This document shows positions 1 to 8,728 of a stretch of DNA of 64,000 bases, piece by piece. This DNA comes from Caldilineaceae bacterium (GTDB lineage: Bacteria; Chloroflexota; Anaerolineae; Caldilineales; Caldilineaceae). The notes beneath the pieces are model-generated. The model worked only from the letters and a program-made list of their open reading frames with translations, was not told the DNA's origin and did not search any database. A program made the position numbers and the translations under genes. Numbering within the stretch: the stretch's first letter is position 1; each line of letters begins with the position of its first letter. Where the stretch lies: the NCBI GenBank assembly GCA_019637695.1, contig JAHBVG010000006.1, positions 29,227-93,226 of the forward strand, written 5' to 3'.

Positions 1-27
1 TACTCGATCTGTGTCATTCTAGGCAGG

Positions 28-300
28 TTAAAACGCATGGACGGGTTTATCCTGTTCAACGGCAATCAGCCATGAACAGGTTAGCACGCCCATGAGCGAA
101 TCTCCAGAGCCGGTGACCGCAAAGGTAGGGACGATTCGGGTTGCGCGACGAACAGTAAACCCGGCCTCTTCGATCTGCCGCTTTTGGGACTCTCCCACTT
201 CTGAGACGCGTAGAATCAGATCGTAAGAGGCATGTGGCGCTCTTTCTAACGCTTTGCGCAAGGTGTCAGGACACTTGTCGAATGCTTGCTTTGTGATCAT
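28..300 (-). CDS. small hypothetical protein, possibly peptidase-inhibitor I9 (subtilase propeptide)-like
   Basis: ORF 28..339 (-). The ATG at 300 (MITKQAF...) is preferred over the upstream TTG. The C-terminal '...LIAVEQDKPVHAF' resembles the end of I9 propeptide domains; similarity judged by eye only. Confidence 0.35.
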   Translation of the reverse strand: MITKQAFDKCPDTLRKALERAPHASYDLILRVSEVGESQKRQIEEAGFTVRRATRIVPTFAVTGSGDSLMGVLTCSWLIAVEQDKPVHAF

Positions 301-477
301 AGACTCATTATAGCATCCGCCAGAAGGCGCTGCAAGCAAATTTTACTAAAGCGAGTATAGTTCAAACCCGGAGCGCCCCTAAACTGAAGGGAGCAAGGAT
401 GCTCTACGCCGGTCCGCGACCGGCTCCGGTCGGGTCACGGACCCAACCGGAGCGCCTCCGCAAAAGGGCGTTGTGCG

Positions 478-507
478 TTGACATTCCTCTTGACTCTAGT
501 GTATAGT
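478..507 (+). promoter_or_regulatory. candidate sigma-70-type promoter for the bmp operon
   Basis: TTGACA (478-483), 18-nt spacer, TATAGT (502-507), in the divergent intergenic region. It would give a leader of about 340 nt before ATG 847. Confidence 0.3.
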
Positions 508-846
508 CCTCTGAAATCGTTCCTAATTGGTGATGCATCCCTACTGGAATGGCAGTTGTGACTGACCTCTTGAACGTTTTCAACGCTTTACAACCTCGTC
601 AATTTGCAGAAGCAATTGCTGTTCCCAATCGTTCCATTCCGCGTCACTATCCGTTTCAACAGCAAAAAGAAAGGAACGATGGAGCGTCTCTCGGTTGAAC
701 CACTCTCTGTTTACCACAGCAGCGCCATCATTGTGGATGCAGGGTCGGCACGAAGATCGACCCTCTGCTGTTTATGCAGGACATAAGTACCCATCTTTAT
801 CCGATCTGGACTGTGACAGATCCATAACCTAGTAAGGAGCGATTCA

Positions 847-3054
847 ATGCAGAGAAAGCGTATTTGGACCTTTTTGAGCTTGTTGCTAGTTGCTTTATTG
901 GTGCTGAGCGCCTGTGGCGGCGCCGAGGAACCGGCTGCTCAGCCCCCTGCAGCCGCCCCCGAGACTGCGCCCGCTGAAGCTGAGCAACCGCTGCGCGTCG
1001 CCTTTGTTTACGTCGCCCCTATCGGCGACCTGGGGTGGACATGGGCCCACGATCAAGGACGTCTCTATCTTGAACAGCAGTTGAATGTAGAGACGGCGTT
1101 CATCGAGAATGTCCCCGAAGGGCCGGACGCCGAACGTGTGATCCGCGACTTTGCCCAGCGCGGCTACGATCTCATTATTACCACCAGTTTCGGCTATATG
1201 GACCCAACGCTGACCGTGGCCGAGGAATTCCCCGACACCCACTTTGTCCACGTTTCTGGGTACATGACGGCGCCCAACATGAGTACGGCCTTTGGCCGCA
1301 TGCACCAACCCCGCTACCTGAGCGGCCTTGTCGCCGGCAGTATGACCGAAAGCAACATCATCGGCTATGTAGCGGCTTTCCCCATCCCCGAAGTGATCGT
1401 GGGCATCAACTCGTTTACGTTGGGGGTGCGCGAAGTCAACCCGGATGCGCAAGTACGCGTTGTATGGACAAGCACCTGGTTTGATCCGCCGCTGGAGCGG
1501 GAAGCCGCCGAAGCGCTGCTCGATCAGGGCGCAGACGTAATTGCTCAACACCAGGATACCACTGAGCCCCAGCGAGCCGCCGCCGACCGCGGCGCATACA
1601 GCATCAGCTATAACAGCCCTATGTTGGAATTTGTGGGCGACTCTGTCCTCACTGGCCCGGTCTGGGATTGGGGTCCTGTCTACCAGATGTTTGCCGAACA
1701 GGTGATCAACGACAACTGGCAGACCCAGCAATTCTATGGCGGTCTGGATACGGGTGTGGTCGATCTGGCGCCCTATAGCCCACTCGTTTCTCAAGAAGTC
1801 ATTGAGATGGTTGAAGCGCGTAAGGCTGCGATCACGGCAGGGGAGACCGATGTCTTCTGCGGTCCGCTGGTTGGGCAGAACGGCGTGCCCTTCCTGCCCG
1901 AAGGTCAATGCATGACCGATGAGCAGGTACTCAATATGGATTGGTTCGTGGAAGGGGTCGTCGGCGAGGCGCCGGCGCAGGCAGCGCCGATTGAAGGACA
2001 GCCTGCTCCGCAACCGGCTGCCGCCCCCACGCTTGCTCCTGCTGCTGAAGCTGTCGAAACCGAACTGCCCCGCGTGGCCTTTGTCTATGTTGGCCCTGTG
2101 GGCGATCTCGGTTGGAGCTATGCCCACGATCAAGGACGCCTGGCGCTGGAGGAAATGGGCGTCGAGACGGCGTACAGCGAACTGGTCGCCGAAGGGCCAG
2201 ATGCGGCCCGCATCCTACGCACCTATGCCAGCCAGGGCTATGATCTGATCTTCGCCACCAGCTTCGGCTATATGGACAGCGTACTTGAGGTGGCCGCTGA
2301 CTTCCCCGATGTCAAATTCGAGCATGCCACCGGCTACATGACCGCCGACAACGTGGGCATCTACGATGGTCGCGGCTATCAGGGCTGGTATCTGGCCGGC
2401 ATCGTCGCCGGCGAGATGACCGAGTCCAATGTGCTGGGGTACATTGCCCCCTATCCCATCGCCGAGGTTGTGCGCAATCTCAACGCCTTTGCGTTGGGCG
2501 CGCAGTCGGTCAACCCAGATGTGGTAGTGCGCCCGATCTGGCTCTTCTCATGGTATGATCCGCCTCGCGAACGGGAAGCGGCGCTGGCCTTGATCGACGC
2601 TGGCGCGGATGTGGTTGCGCGCGAAAGCGATAGCGTAGAACCCGACAAAGCCGCCGAGGAAGCGGGCGTCTATGCCATTGGTTACAACGCCATCAGCGCG
2701 GATGTGGCGCCCAACGCCGTCCTCACCGCCCCGATCTGGGATTGGCGCGTGATCTACGAGCGGAAGGTCAATGATGTCGCCGCCGGTACGTGGACCAATG
2801 AACCGATCTGGTGGGGTATGGCCGAAGGCGTCCTTGACCTGGCGCCCATCGCCGACTTCGTCCCCGCGGAAGTCGCGCAGGCCGTTGAAGCGCAGAAAGC
2901 CGCCATCATCGCTGGCGAATTTGAGATCTTCTGTGGATCTATCGCCGACAATACCGGCGAAGAACGCGTCGCCGAAGGCCAATGCATGACCGATGAAGAA
3001 TTGCTCGGCTTCAACTGGCTCGTTGAAGGGGTGACGGGTGAGATTCCGCAGTAG
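847..3054 (+). CDS. BMP-family (PnrA/Med-like) ABC substrate-binding lipoprotein, internally duplicated (two complete BMP domains)
   Basis: RBS taaggag lies before the ATG. Lipobox '...LVLSACGG'. 'LRVAFVYVAPIGDLGWTWAHDQGRLYLE' (from aa 49) recurs as 'PRVAFVYVGPVGDLGWSYAHDQGRLALE' (from aa 408). Both halves end '...EGQCMTDE(Q/E)(V/L)L..(D/N)W(F/L)VEGV'. Each half is preceded by an Ala/Pro/Glu-rich linker. Confidence 0.9.
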   Translation: MQRKRIWTFLSLLLVALLVLSACGGAEEPAAQPPAAAPETAPAEAEQPLRVAFVYVAPIGDLGWTWAHDQGRLYLEQQLNVETAFIENVPEGPDAERVIRDFAQRGYDLIITTSFGYMDPTLTVAEEFPDTHFVHVSGYMTAPNMSTAFGRMHQPRYLSGLVAGSMTESNIIGYVAAFPIPEVIVGINSFTLGVREVNPDAQVRVVWTSTWFDPPLEREAAEALLDQGADVIAQHQDTTEPQRAAADRGAYSISYNSPMLEFVGDSVLTGPVWDWGPVYQMFAEQVINDNWQTQQFYGGLDTGVVDLAPYSPLVSQEVIEMVEARKAAITAGETDVFCGPLVGQNGVPFLPEGQCMTDEQVLNMDWFVEGVVGEAPAQAAPIEGQPAPQPAAAPTLAPAAEAVETELPRVAFVYVGPVGDLGWSYAHDQGRLALEEMGVETAYSELVAEGPDAARILRTYASQGYDLIFATSFGYMDSVLEVAADFPDVKFEHATGYMTADNVGIYDGRGYQGWYLAGIVAGEMTESNVLGYIAPYPIAEVVRNLNAFALGAQSVNPDVVVRPIWLFSWYDPPREREAALALIDAGADVVARESDSVEPDKAAEEAGVYAIGYNAISADVAPNAVLTAPIWDWRVIYERKVNDVAAGTWTNEPIWWGMAEGVLDLAPIADFVPAEVAQAVEAQKAAIIAGEFEIFCGSIADNTGEERVAEGQCMTDEELLGFNWLVEGVTGEIPQ

Positions 3055-3084
3055 TGATTGGTGATGAATGACTGGGGATTAGGC

Positions 3085-3146
3085 GATTGAGCGATTCAGG
3101 GATTGGGGATCATCGACATGATCTGAAATCTCTGAATCGCTCAATC
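3085..3146. repeat. 15-bp perfect inverted repeat (GATTGAGCGATTCAG / CTGAATCGCTCAATC) with a 32-nt loop, between the bmp and ATPase genes
   Basis: Arms at 3085-3099 and 3132-3146, read directly. Flanked by GATT-rich word repeats. Confidence 0.7.
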
Positions 3147-3181
3147 GCTCAATCTCTTCTTTGCCAGAGGAGATCTGCCAC

Positions 3182-4699
3182 GTGACCACAGCCTCTACCC
3201 CGCCCGCCGTCGAGATGATCAACATTACCAAACGCTTCCCCGGTGTCATCGCCAATCGGGGTGCAACCCTGATCGTCCACAAAGGCGAGATCCACGCGCT
3301 GCTGGGTGAAAACGGCGCGGGCAAGTCGACGCTCATGAACGTACTCGCCGGTCTCTATGTCCCCGACGCTGGGGAAATGCGGATTCACGGCGAACCGGTC
3401 GTCATCCGCTCCCCGCGCGATGGCTTTGATCTAGGCATCGCCATGGTCCATCAGCACTTCAAATTGGTGATGAATCAGACGGTGGCCGAAAATGTGATCC
3501 TCGGGCTGCGCGAGCCGCGCTTCCATCTTGACATGGCTCAAGTCAAGAAACAGATCGAGGCTGTTGGTCGCCAATACGACATTCACGTGGACGCCGATGC
3601 GTACATCTGGCAGTTGAGCGTGGGCGAACAGCAGCGCATTGAGATCCTCAAGGCGCTCTATCGCGGGGCGGACATCCTGATTTTGGACGAGCCCACCGCC
3701 GTCCTCACCCCGCAGGAGGCCGACGCGCTGGGGCAGATTTTGAAAAGAATCGTGGGCGAAGGCAAGACGATCATCTTCATCAGCCATAAATTGGATGAAG
3801 TGATCCGCTTTGCCGATGAGGTCACCGTGCTGCGCAAGGGTGAAGTGGTGGCTACAGAGCGGGTGACGCCGGAGACCAGCACCAGCCACCTGGCCGAATT
3901 GATGGTGGGTCGTTCGATAGTTTTTCGCATCCATAAGGAACCGGTAACCATCGGCGGGGTCTGCCTTGACGTAAAGGAGCTTTCAGCGCTGGGCGAAAAA
4001 CGGCTGCCCGCCTTGCGCCAGATCTCATTCCAGATCCACAGTGGTGAAATTTTCGGAATCGCGGGCGTAGCGGGCAACGGTCAAAAGGAGCTAGCCGACG
4101 TCATCACCGGGTTGCGTCGCGCCACGGGTGGTGCGATCCGCCTCAAAGGCAAGGATCTGACCAACGCGCACCCCAAAACCATCATCGACGCCGGGATCGC
4201 CCACATCCCCGAAAGCCGCATCCACACAGGATCGGTGGGCGCGATGAGCGTGTCAGACAATATCGCGCTCAAGCATTATCGCGCCGCATCCGGTCCTTTC
4301 CTCGACCGCAGCCGCTTGCGCCGCATGAGCCGCGAGTTGGTGGAAGCGTTCAACGTCTCAACGCCGGGGATCGATACCCGCGCTGGCACCCTCTCTGGCG
4401 GCAATCTGCAAAAACTGATCCTGGCGCGCGAGTTGACGACTAACCCGACGTTGATCATTGCCGCCCATCCCACCCAGGGGTTGGATGTAGGCGCGTCGGA
4501 GGCCGTGCGCAATCGTCTGCTCGAACAGCAGCAGCAGGGGGTGGCCGTCCTCTTGATTAGCGAAGATCTGGACGAACTCTTCAGCCTCTCCGACCGCATC
4601 GGCGTGATTTACGAGGGCCGCCTGATGGGGATCGTCGATGCCCGGCAGGCCACGCGTGAAGAGATCGGCCTGATGATGACGGGGATGGTAGCTCCCTAA
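3182..4699 (+). CDS. ABC transporter ATP-binding protein with two fused ATPase domains (sugar/nucleoside type, partner of BMP binding proteins)
   Basis: Walker A 'GENGAGKST', signature 'LSVGEQQRIEI', Walker B 'ILILDEPT'. The second domain has 'GVAGNGQKEL', 'LSGGNLQKL' and 'LLISEDLDE'. The GTG at 3182 follows a gaggag RBS; the ORF opens at 3161. Confidence 0.9.
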   Translation: MTTASTPPAVEMINITKRFPGVIANRGATLIVHKGEIHALLGENGAGKSTLMNVLAGLYVPDAGEMRIHGEPVVIRSPRDGFDLGIAMVHQHFKLVMNQTVAENVILGLREPRFHLDMAQVKKQIEAVGRQYDIHVDADAYIWQLSVGEQQRIEILKALYRGADILILDEPTAVLTPQEADALGQILKRIVGEGKTIIFISHKLDEVIRFADEVTVLRKGEVVATERVTPETSTSHLAELMVGRSIVFRIHKEPVTIGGVCLDVKELSALGEKRLPALRQISFQIHSGEIFGIAGVAGNGQKELADVITGLRRATGGAIRLKGKDLTNAHPKTIIDAGIAHIPESRIHTGSVGAMSVSDNIALKHYRAASGPFLDRSRLRRMSRELVEAFNVSTPGIDTRAGTLSGGNLQKLILARELTTNPTLIIAAHPTQGLDVGASEAVRNRLLEQQQQGVAVLLISEDLDELFSLSDRIGVIYEGRLMGIVDARQATREEIGLMMTGMVAP

Positions 4700-4702
4700 A
4701 AT

Positions 4703-5245
4703 ATGTTACCACCCGCACATATTTCGTATACCTGGGCTGCGCTCTCCCTGGTTCAGACGCGATTGAACATATTTCCCGATGCAGACTACCGGCTGGCAGC
4801 GTTGGCCGCCACCGCCCCGGATCTGATCGACAAGCCTCTGGCCTGGGCTTACTTTTACAAACGCTACAAATCGGCTGTCCTCTTTGCGCATACCCTGTGG
4901 AGTTTCCTGGCTGTACTGTTGCTGCTCTGGCGCAAGTTTCCTCAATGGCGGATCTATGGGTTGGCCTTTGTGGGCCATGCCATCCTCGACCGGCTCTGGT
5001 TCTTTCCCGACACCTTCTATTGGCCCCTGCGCGGCTGGCGTTTCCACGTGTGGGGCAAGCGCGGCTCCGAGCAAAGCGAAATCGGCAATGCCTATTGGAT
5101 CGCCTTCACGCGCCGCCCCGAATTGTGGATCTGGGAGCTAGGCGGGATGCTGGCGCTGGGCTGGTTCGTGTGGCGACACCAGCTCTACCGGTTGTCAAAT
5201 TTGATGGATTTTGTGCGGATGGGGAAGGTACGGTTGGATGAATAA
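4703..5245 (+). CDS. membrane-bound metal-dependent hydrolase-like protein (YdjM/DUF457-like)
   Basis: 180-aa polytopic protein with His/Asp motifs ('APDLIDKPL', 'FAHTLWS', 'GHAILDR') typical of DUF457. Judged by eye. Confidence 0.45.
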   Translation: MLPPAHISYTWAALSLVQTRLNIFPDADYRLAALAATAPDLIDKPLAWAYFYKRYKSAVLFAHTLWSFLAVLLLLWRKFPQWRIYGLAFVGHAILDRLWFFPDTFYWPLRGWRFHVWGKRGSEQSEIGNAYWIAFTRRPELWIWELGGMLALGWFVWRHQLYRLSNLMDFVRMGKVRLDE

Positions 5246-5256
5246 CAATAACAGGC

Positions 5257-6831
5257 ATGTTACCCCCTGATGGATCCTTTATGAATCTGCATGCAGGATC
5301 ACCCGAACATTCGAATACAGGCGACAACGATCCTCGGCCTACCCGCTCAACTGGTCGGCGAGTGCTGATCAATACGGGAGCGCTAGCTGGCTCCAGTTTG
5401 TGGCGGATTGGTCTGAGTTTTGTGTTGCAACTACTGATCGCCAACCGATTGGGAATAGAAGGACTGGGCCAATATGCTACGGCTCTCGCCTATTTAAATG
5501 TATCTCAGGTGCTGAGTGAATTAGGGTTACCTCAACTGCTAATACGAGATTTGGCCCAATCTCCAGTTCAGCGACGGTCTCTTTTCTGGCAGTCATTGCT
5601 GATGCAATTTGCGGCGGGCATATTGATCTGGCTGGGGATCTGGGCGCTCACCAGCTTTTCCTTCTTTACAGAAACGACTCGACTGGTCCTGATCATTGTA
5701 ACGGCATCTCTCCCCTTCTTTGCCCTCTCATCCATCTGTATTACGCTCTTCCAGGCAGATGAGCGAATGGAGGTAGTAATGGGCGTGGAGATGCTAATCA
5801 ACGGTCTGATCTTGGTAGGGAGCGTCGCCCTATTGTGGATGAACGCCACCATTATTCATCTCGCCTTCCTACTGGTCTTGACCCAAATTATTTCTGGTCT
5901 ACTCTACCTCATTCTGCTCAAACGCGGTCAGATCCTTGACATTCCCCAAGTTGAAGAGGCAGGGAATATAGCAGCTACACCTGACTCGCAATTCTTCACG
6001 CGTAATTCTATTCTCACGCTGTGGCAGAGATCTCGTCCTTTTTATGGGCTGGCGATTGCCAATGTATTACTGCATCGGTTGGATCTACTGCTGCTGAGTG
6101 CAGTGGCCGGGGAGTTGATTACCGGCATTTATAGCGCGGCCTATCTAGTGGTACGGGTCTTTTTGATCCTTGGCCAGACCTATTGGCAGTCTCTCTATCC
6201 CACACTTAGTCGCCTGCGCTTACAATCGGTGGACGGCTATCATCGATTGGCGGAAATGGCAATTCGTTACGGACTGTTGGCTTTGCTACCGGCATCTGCA
6301 CTGATCTGCGGTCTTGCAGATCCCCTGTTGCGCCTGATCTTTCCAGAAGAGAGCTATGCTGCTTCGGTACCTGTGTTGCGCCTATTGATCTGGGCTGCTC
6401 CGCTCTTCCTCTTAACTACTTACTGCATCAATTTACTGTTGATCGAACGTCATCCTCGGCTTGGCATGGCGGTAGCAAGCGTTCAGATTCTGGTAACTCT
6501 GGCGATTTTGCCGCCGCTTTCCAGACTGTGGCAGGCGCCGGGTAGTGGCATGGCTATTCTATCCGCCGTCACTGTGAGCAGCGTATGGGGACTTTGGCTG
6601 CTACGTCGCCAGGGTATCCCTGCTGGGCTGGGAAGAGGATTATCAATATTGCTTGGCGTCACTGCTGGGATTGGCACGGGGCTCTACCTCCTGGCCGAAA
6701 ATGGTCCACCCCAGTTTTGGCCTATCTATGGTCTGGGGGCAGTTTGTCTTTACTTTATTATCCTTTTGCGCACTGGCCTACTCTCCACTGCGGATCTTTC
6801 TATCTTTCGTCATGCTATCATACGTTCGTGA
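5257..6831 (+). CDS. polysaccharide/oligosaccharide flippase, MOP superfamily (Wzx-like)
   Basis: About 12-14 hydrophobic segments. The N-terminal 'NTGALAGSSLWRIGLSFVLQLLIANRLGIEGLGQY' is typical of Wzx/RfbX-type proteins. The start may be the internal ATG (MNLH..., 5281). Confidence 0.7.
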   Translation: MLPPDGSFMNLHAGSPEHSNTGDNDPRPTRSTGRRVLINTGALAGSSLWRIGLSFVLQLLIANRLGIEGLGQYATALAYLNVSQVLSELGLPQLLIRDLAQSPVQRRSLFWQSLLMQFAAGILIWLGIWALTSFSFFTETTRLVLIIVTASLPFFALSSICITLFQADERMEVVMGVEMLINGLILVGSVALLWMNATIIHLAFLLVLTQIISGLLYLILLKRGQILDIPQVEEAGNIAATPDSQFFTRNSILTLWQRSRPFYGLAIANVLLHRLDLLLLSAVAGELITGIYSAAYLVVRVFLILGQTYWQSLYPTLSRLRLQSVDGYHRLAEMAIRYGLLALLPASALICGLADPLLRLIFPEESYAASVPVLRLLIWAAPLFLLTTYCINLLLIERHPRLGMAVASVQILVTLAILPPLSRLWQAPGSGMAILSAVTVSSVWGLWLLRRQGIPAGLGRGLSILLGVTAGIGTGLYLLAENGPPQFWPIYGLGAVCLYFIILLRTGLLSTADLSIFRHAIIRS

Positions 6832-7117
6832 GTCAGGTTTAACTACCTGCACCTTACGGGTTTTTAACGCAGGGTAGGGAAATAGTCATGTAGAACGTAG
6901 AGTTTTGGGAATGTAGATTCCTTTTCTGTGTATTAGAATGGCGCTGCGTCTATGAACGAGGATGACTATAGAAGTACATGAATCCAGGCAAGAAATTTAT
7001 GTTCTTTGCAATCAACTTTTGGGCTTTCGGTAGCAAAGCTATAGAATGCATAAAAATATCCGGATGTGGATCTGTGCCTTCTGAAATGTATGCCCCCCGA
7101 AAAGAGAATGAAAACCT

Positions 7118-8695
7118 ATGCCCTTAGATAATGAGCATCCGCCGAAATTCCATACGCGCGGTCGATATTTATTTGGATTCTTACTCTGTCTGGCGATAAC
7201 TTTGATCCTAAGTGGGGATTACCTGTTTAAGTCAACAACGGCCCAAGCCTATGAAGCAACAAAAAATTCAAGTATCCTAGTCTACTCCCAAGAGGCGTCG
7301 AATTTTTTTCTACCCTGGGTCAGTAGTGAACGCGCCAGTAATGCAAATCCGCTCTTATGCCGCTTTGGGGTCAACGCGCCAAGCGGCGTGGGCAACTATC
7401 CGGTTGGCGAGTTACGGGTGGGGTGGTATCAAAATTACGCTACGAGTACAAACCCAGATCGTCCGCAAGGCATGGAATTCGCACAAACCATCCGCCTTTC
7501 TCAGACAAGCGCCAATACGTACAGCTATCGTCCTTCGGCCAGTATACTTACGCAAGCAGCGATTCTGAACCCTGGGGCAATCTGGTATATAGGCAATGAA
7601 CCGGATCGAAAGTTTTACCAGGACAGCATGGAGCCGCATCTTTATGCCAGAGCCTATTATGATCTCTACCATCTAATCAAAGAAACGGATCCTACGGCGC
7701 GTATTTTCGCTGGGTCAATCGTGCAGCCTACACTTATTCGTCTGCTCTACCTGGACAAAGTGCTGGACGCCTACCGCCAGACATATGGTTACGCGATGCC
7801 AGTAGATGGCTGGAGCATTCACAACTTCATTTTGAATGAAGCAAGTTGTGATGTCTTCCCTGGTGATTGTTGGGGTGCAGATATTCCCCCAGGCGTCAAT
7901 AGATCTGAGGGACTCCGAGTAGATGCTCAGGACAATGACAATTTTGGGATTTTTGTGGAGCAGATCCAGCGCTTCCGTCAGTGGATGTGGAACCGAGGTT
8001 ATCAAAATACTCCCCTTTTTCTGTCCGAATATGGAGTGTTGATGCCTCAGGGCCGCGGATTCAAGCCGGATTTTACCCCTGAGCGCGTGAACCTGTTTAT
8101 GGAGAAGACCTTCGATTATCTGTTGACAGCAACTGACAGCCAGTACGGCTACCCACCCGACGGAAATAGACTGGTGCAGCGCCTCTCCTGGTTTAGTACA
8201 GATTACCCAGAATTTAACGGACAGCTATTCGATTCTCAGAGCCGAGATTTTACTGAAATTGGACGCTTCTACAAGAACTATACCCAATCAATTCAAGAGA
8301 CAGTTGATTTTTATCCTATTAAAATTAGCACAGAACCGGCCTCGCTGATTTCTACGGGTGAGCCAATCACAGTTACGTTAATCGTTCAGATCGCTAACAG
8401 TGGGAACGGTCTGGCCGCCCAACGGGTACAGGTACGCTTTTACGACAAGGACCCAAGCCAGGGCGGCGCTCAAATTGGGGAGACTCAGAGTGTGATGCTC
8501 TCTGGCTGTGGTGATGTGGATCATGCATCGGTGCAGTGGACATCTCTTTCACAAGGTGTCCATACCGCCTATGTCATCGTATCCGGAGATCCAAATAGCC
8601 TGATGGAGGAAGGGAATGCTCTTGCCAATAACCAACTGCATCAGGATATCATGATTGGGACAGATCAACTCTTTCTACCCAAAGTCAACAGATAG
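7118..8695 (+). CDS. secreted/anchored glycoside-hydrolase-like protein (TIM-barrel 'GNEPD' type) with a C-terminal CARDB-like beta-sandwich
   Basis: N-terminal signal anchor. 'IWYIGNEPD' and 'FLSEYGV' are candidate acid/base and nucleophile strands of clan GH-A-like enzymes. The C-terminal 'ITVTLIVQIANSGNG...VQVRFYD' is CARDB-like. Confidence 0.55.
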   Translation: MPLDNEHPPKFHTRGRYLFGFLLCLAITLILSGDYLFKSTTAQAYEATKNSSILVYSQEASNFFLPWVSSERASNANPLLCRFGVNAPSGVGNYPVGELRVGWYQNYATSTNPDRPQGMEFAQTIRLSQTSANTYSYRPSASILTQAAILNPGAIWYIGNEPDRKFYQDSMEPHLYARAYYDLYHLIKETDPTARIFAGSIVQPTLIRLLYLDKVLDAYRQTYGYAMPVDGWSIHNFILNEASCDVFPGDCWGADIPPGVNRSEGLRVDAQDNDNFGIFVEQIQRFRQWMWNRGYQNTPLFLSEYGVLMPQGRGFKPDFTPERVNLFMEKTFDYLLTATDSQYGYPPDGNRLVQRLSWFSTDYPEFNGQLFDSQSRDFTEIGRFYKNYTQSIQETVDFYPIKISTEPASLISTGEPITVTLIVQIANSGNGLAAQRVQVRFYDKDPSQGGAQIGETQSVMLSGCGDVDHASVQWTSLSQGVHTAYVIVSGDPNSLMEEGNALANNQLHQDIMIGTDQLFLPKVNR

Positions 8696-8728
8696 TACCG
8701 TCGCTACAGTCTAAAGGGGGGAATTTTT

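Noticed and set aside
340-480. Possible tRNA or tRNA fragment ('GTTCAAACCCGGAGCGCCCC') that might mark an integration site
   Set aside because: No acceptor stem, D-arm or anticodon arm can be built around it. The resemblance is limited to a T-loop-like heptamer.
604-786. 60-aa ORF inside the bmp leader
   Set aside because: It has a TTG start without an RBS, a low-complexity product, and lies in a probable untranslated leader. There is no support for coding.
508-846. Known riboswitch (purine, 2'-dG, PRPP, ZTP) in the bmp leader
   Set aside because: None of the conserved core sequences of these classes could be found by eye. Only generic hairpins are present.
895-2133. Long antisense ORFs opposite strong genes. 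Examples: 895..2133 (-), 32084..33067 (-), 35060..35806 (-), 35819..36643 (-), 41794..42267 (-), 53000..54028 (+), 59855..60637 (+), 61761..62498 (-), 63350..63895 (-).
   Set aside because: They are Arg/Gly/Pro-rich shadow frames typical of GC-rich coding DNA and carry no recognisable motifs. In each case the opposite strand encodes a protein with clear family signatures.
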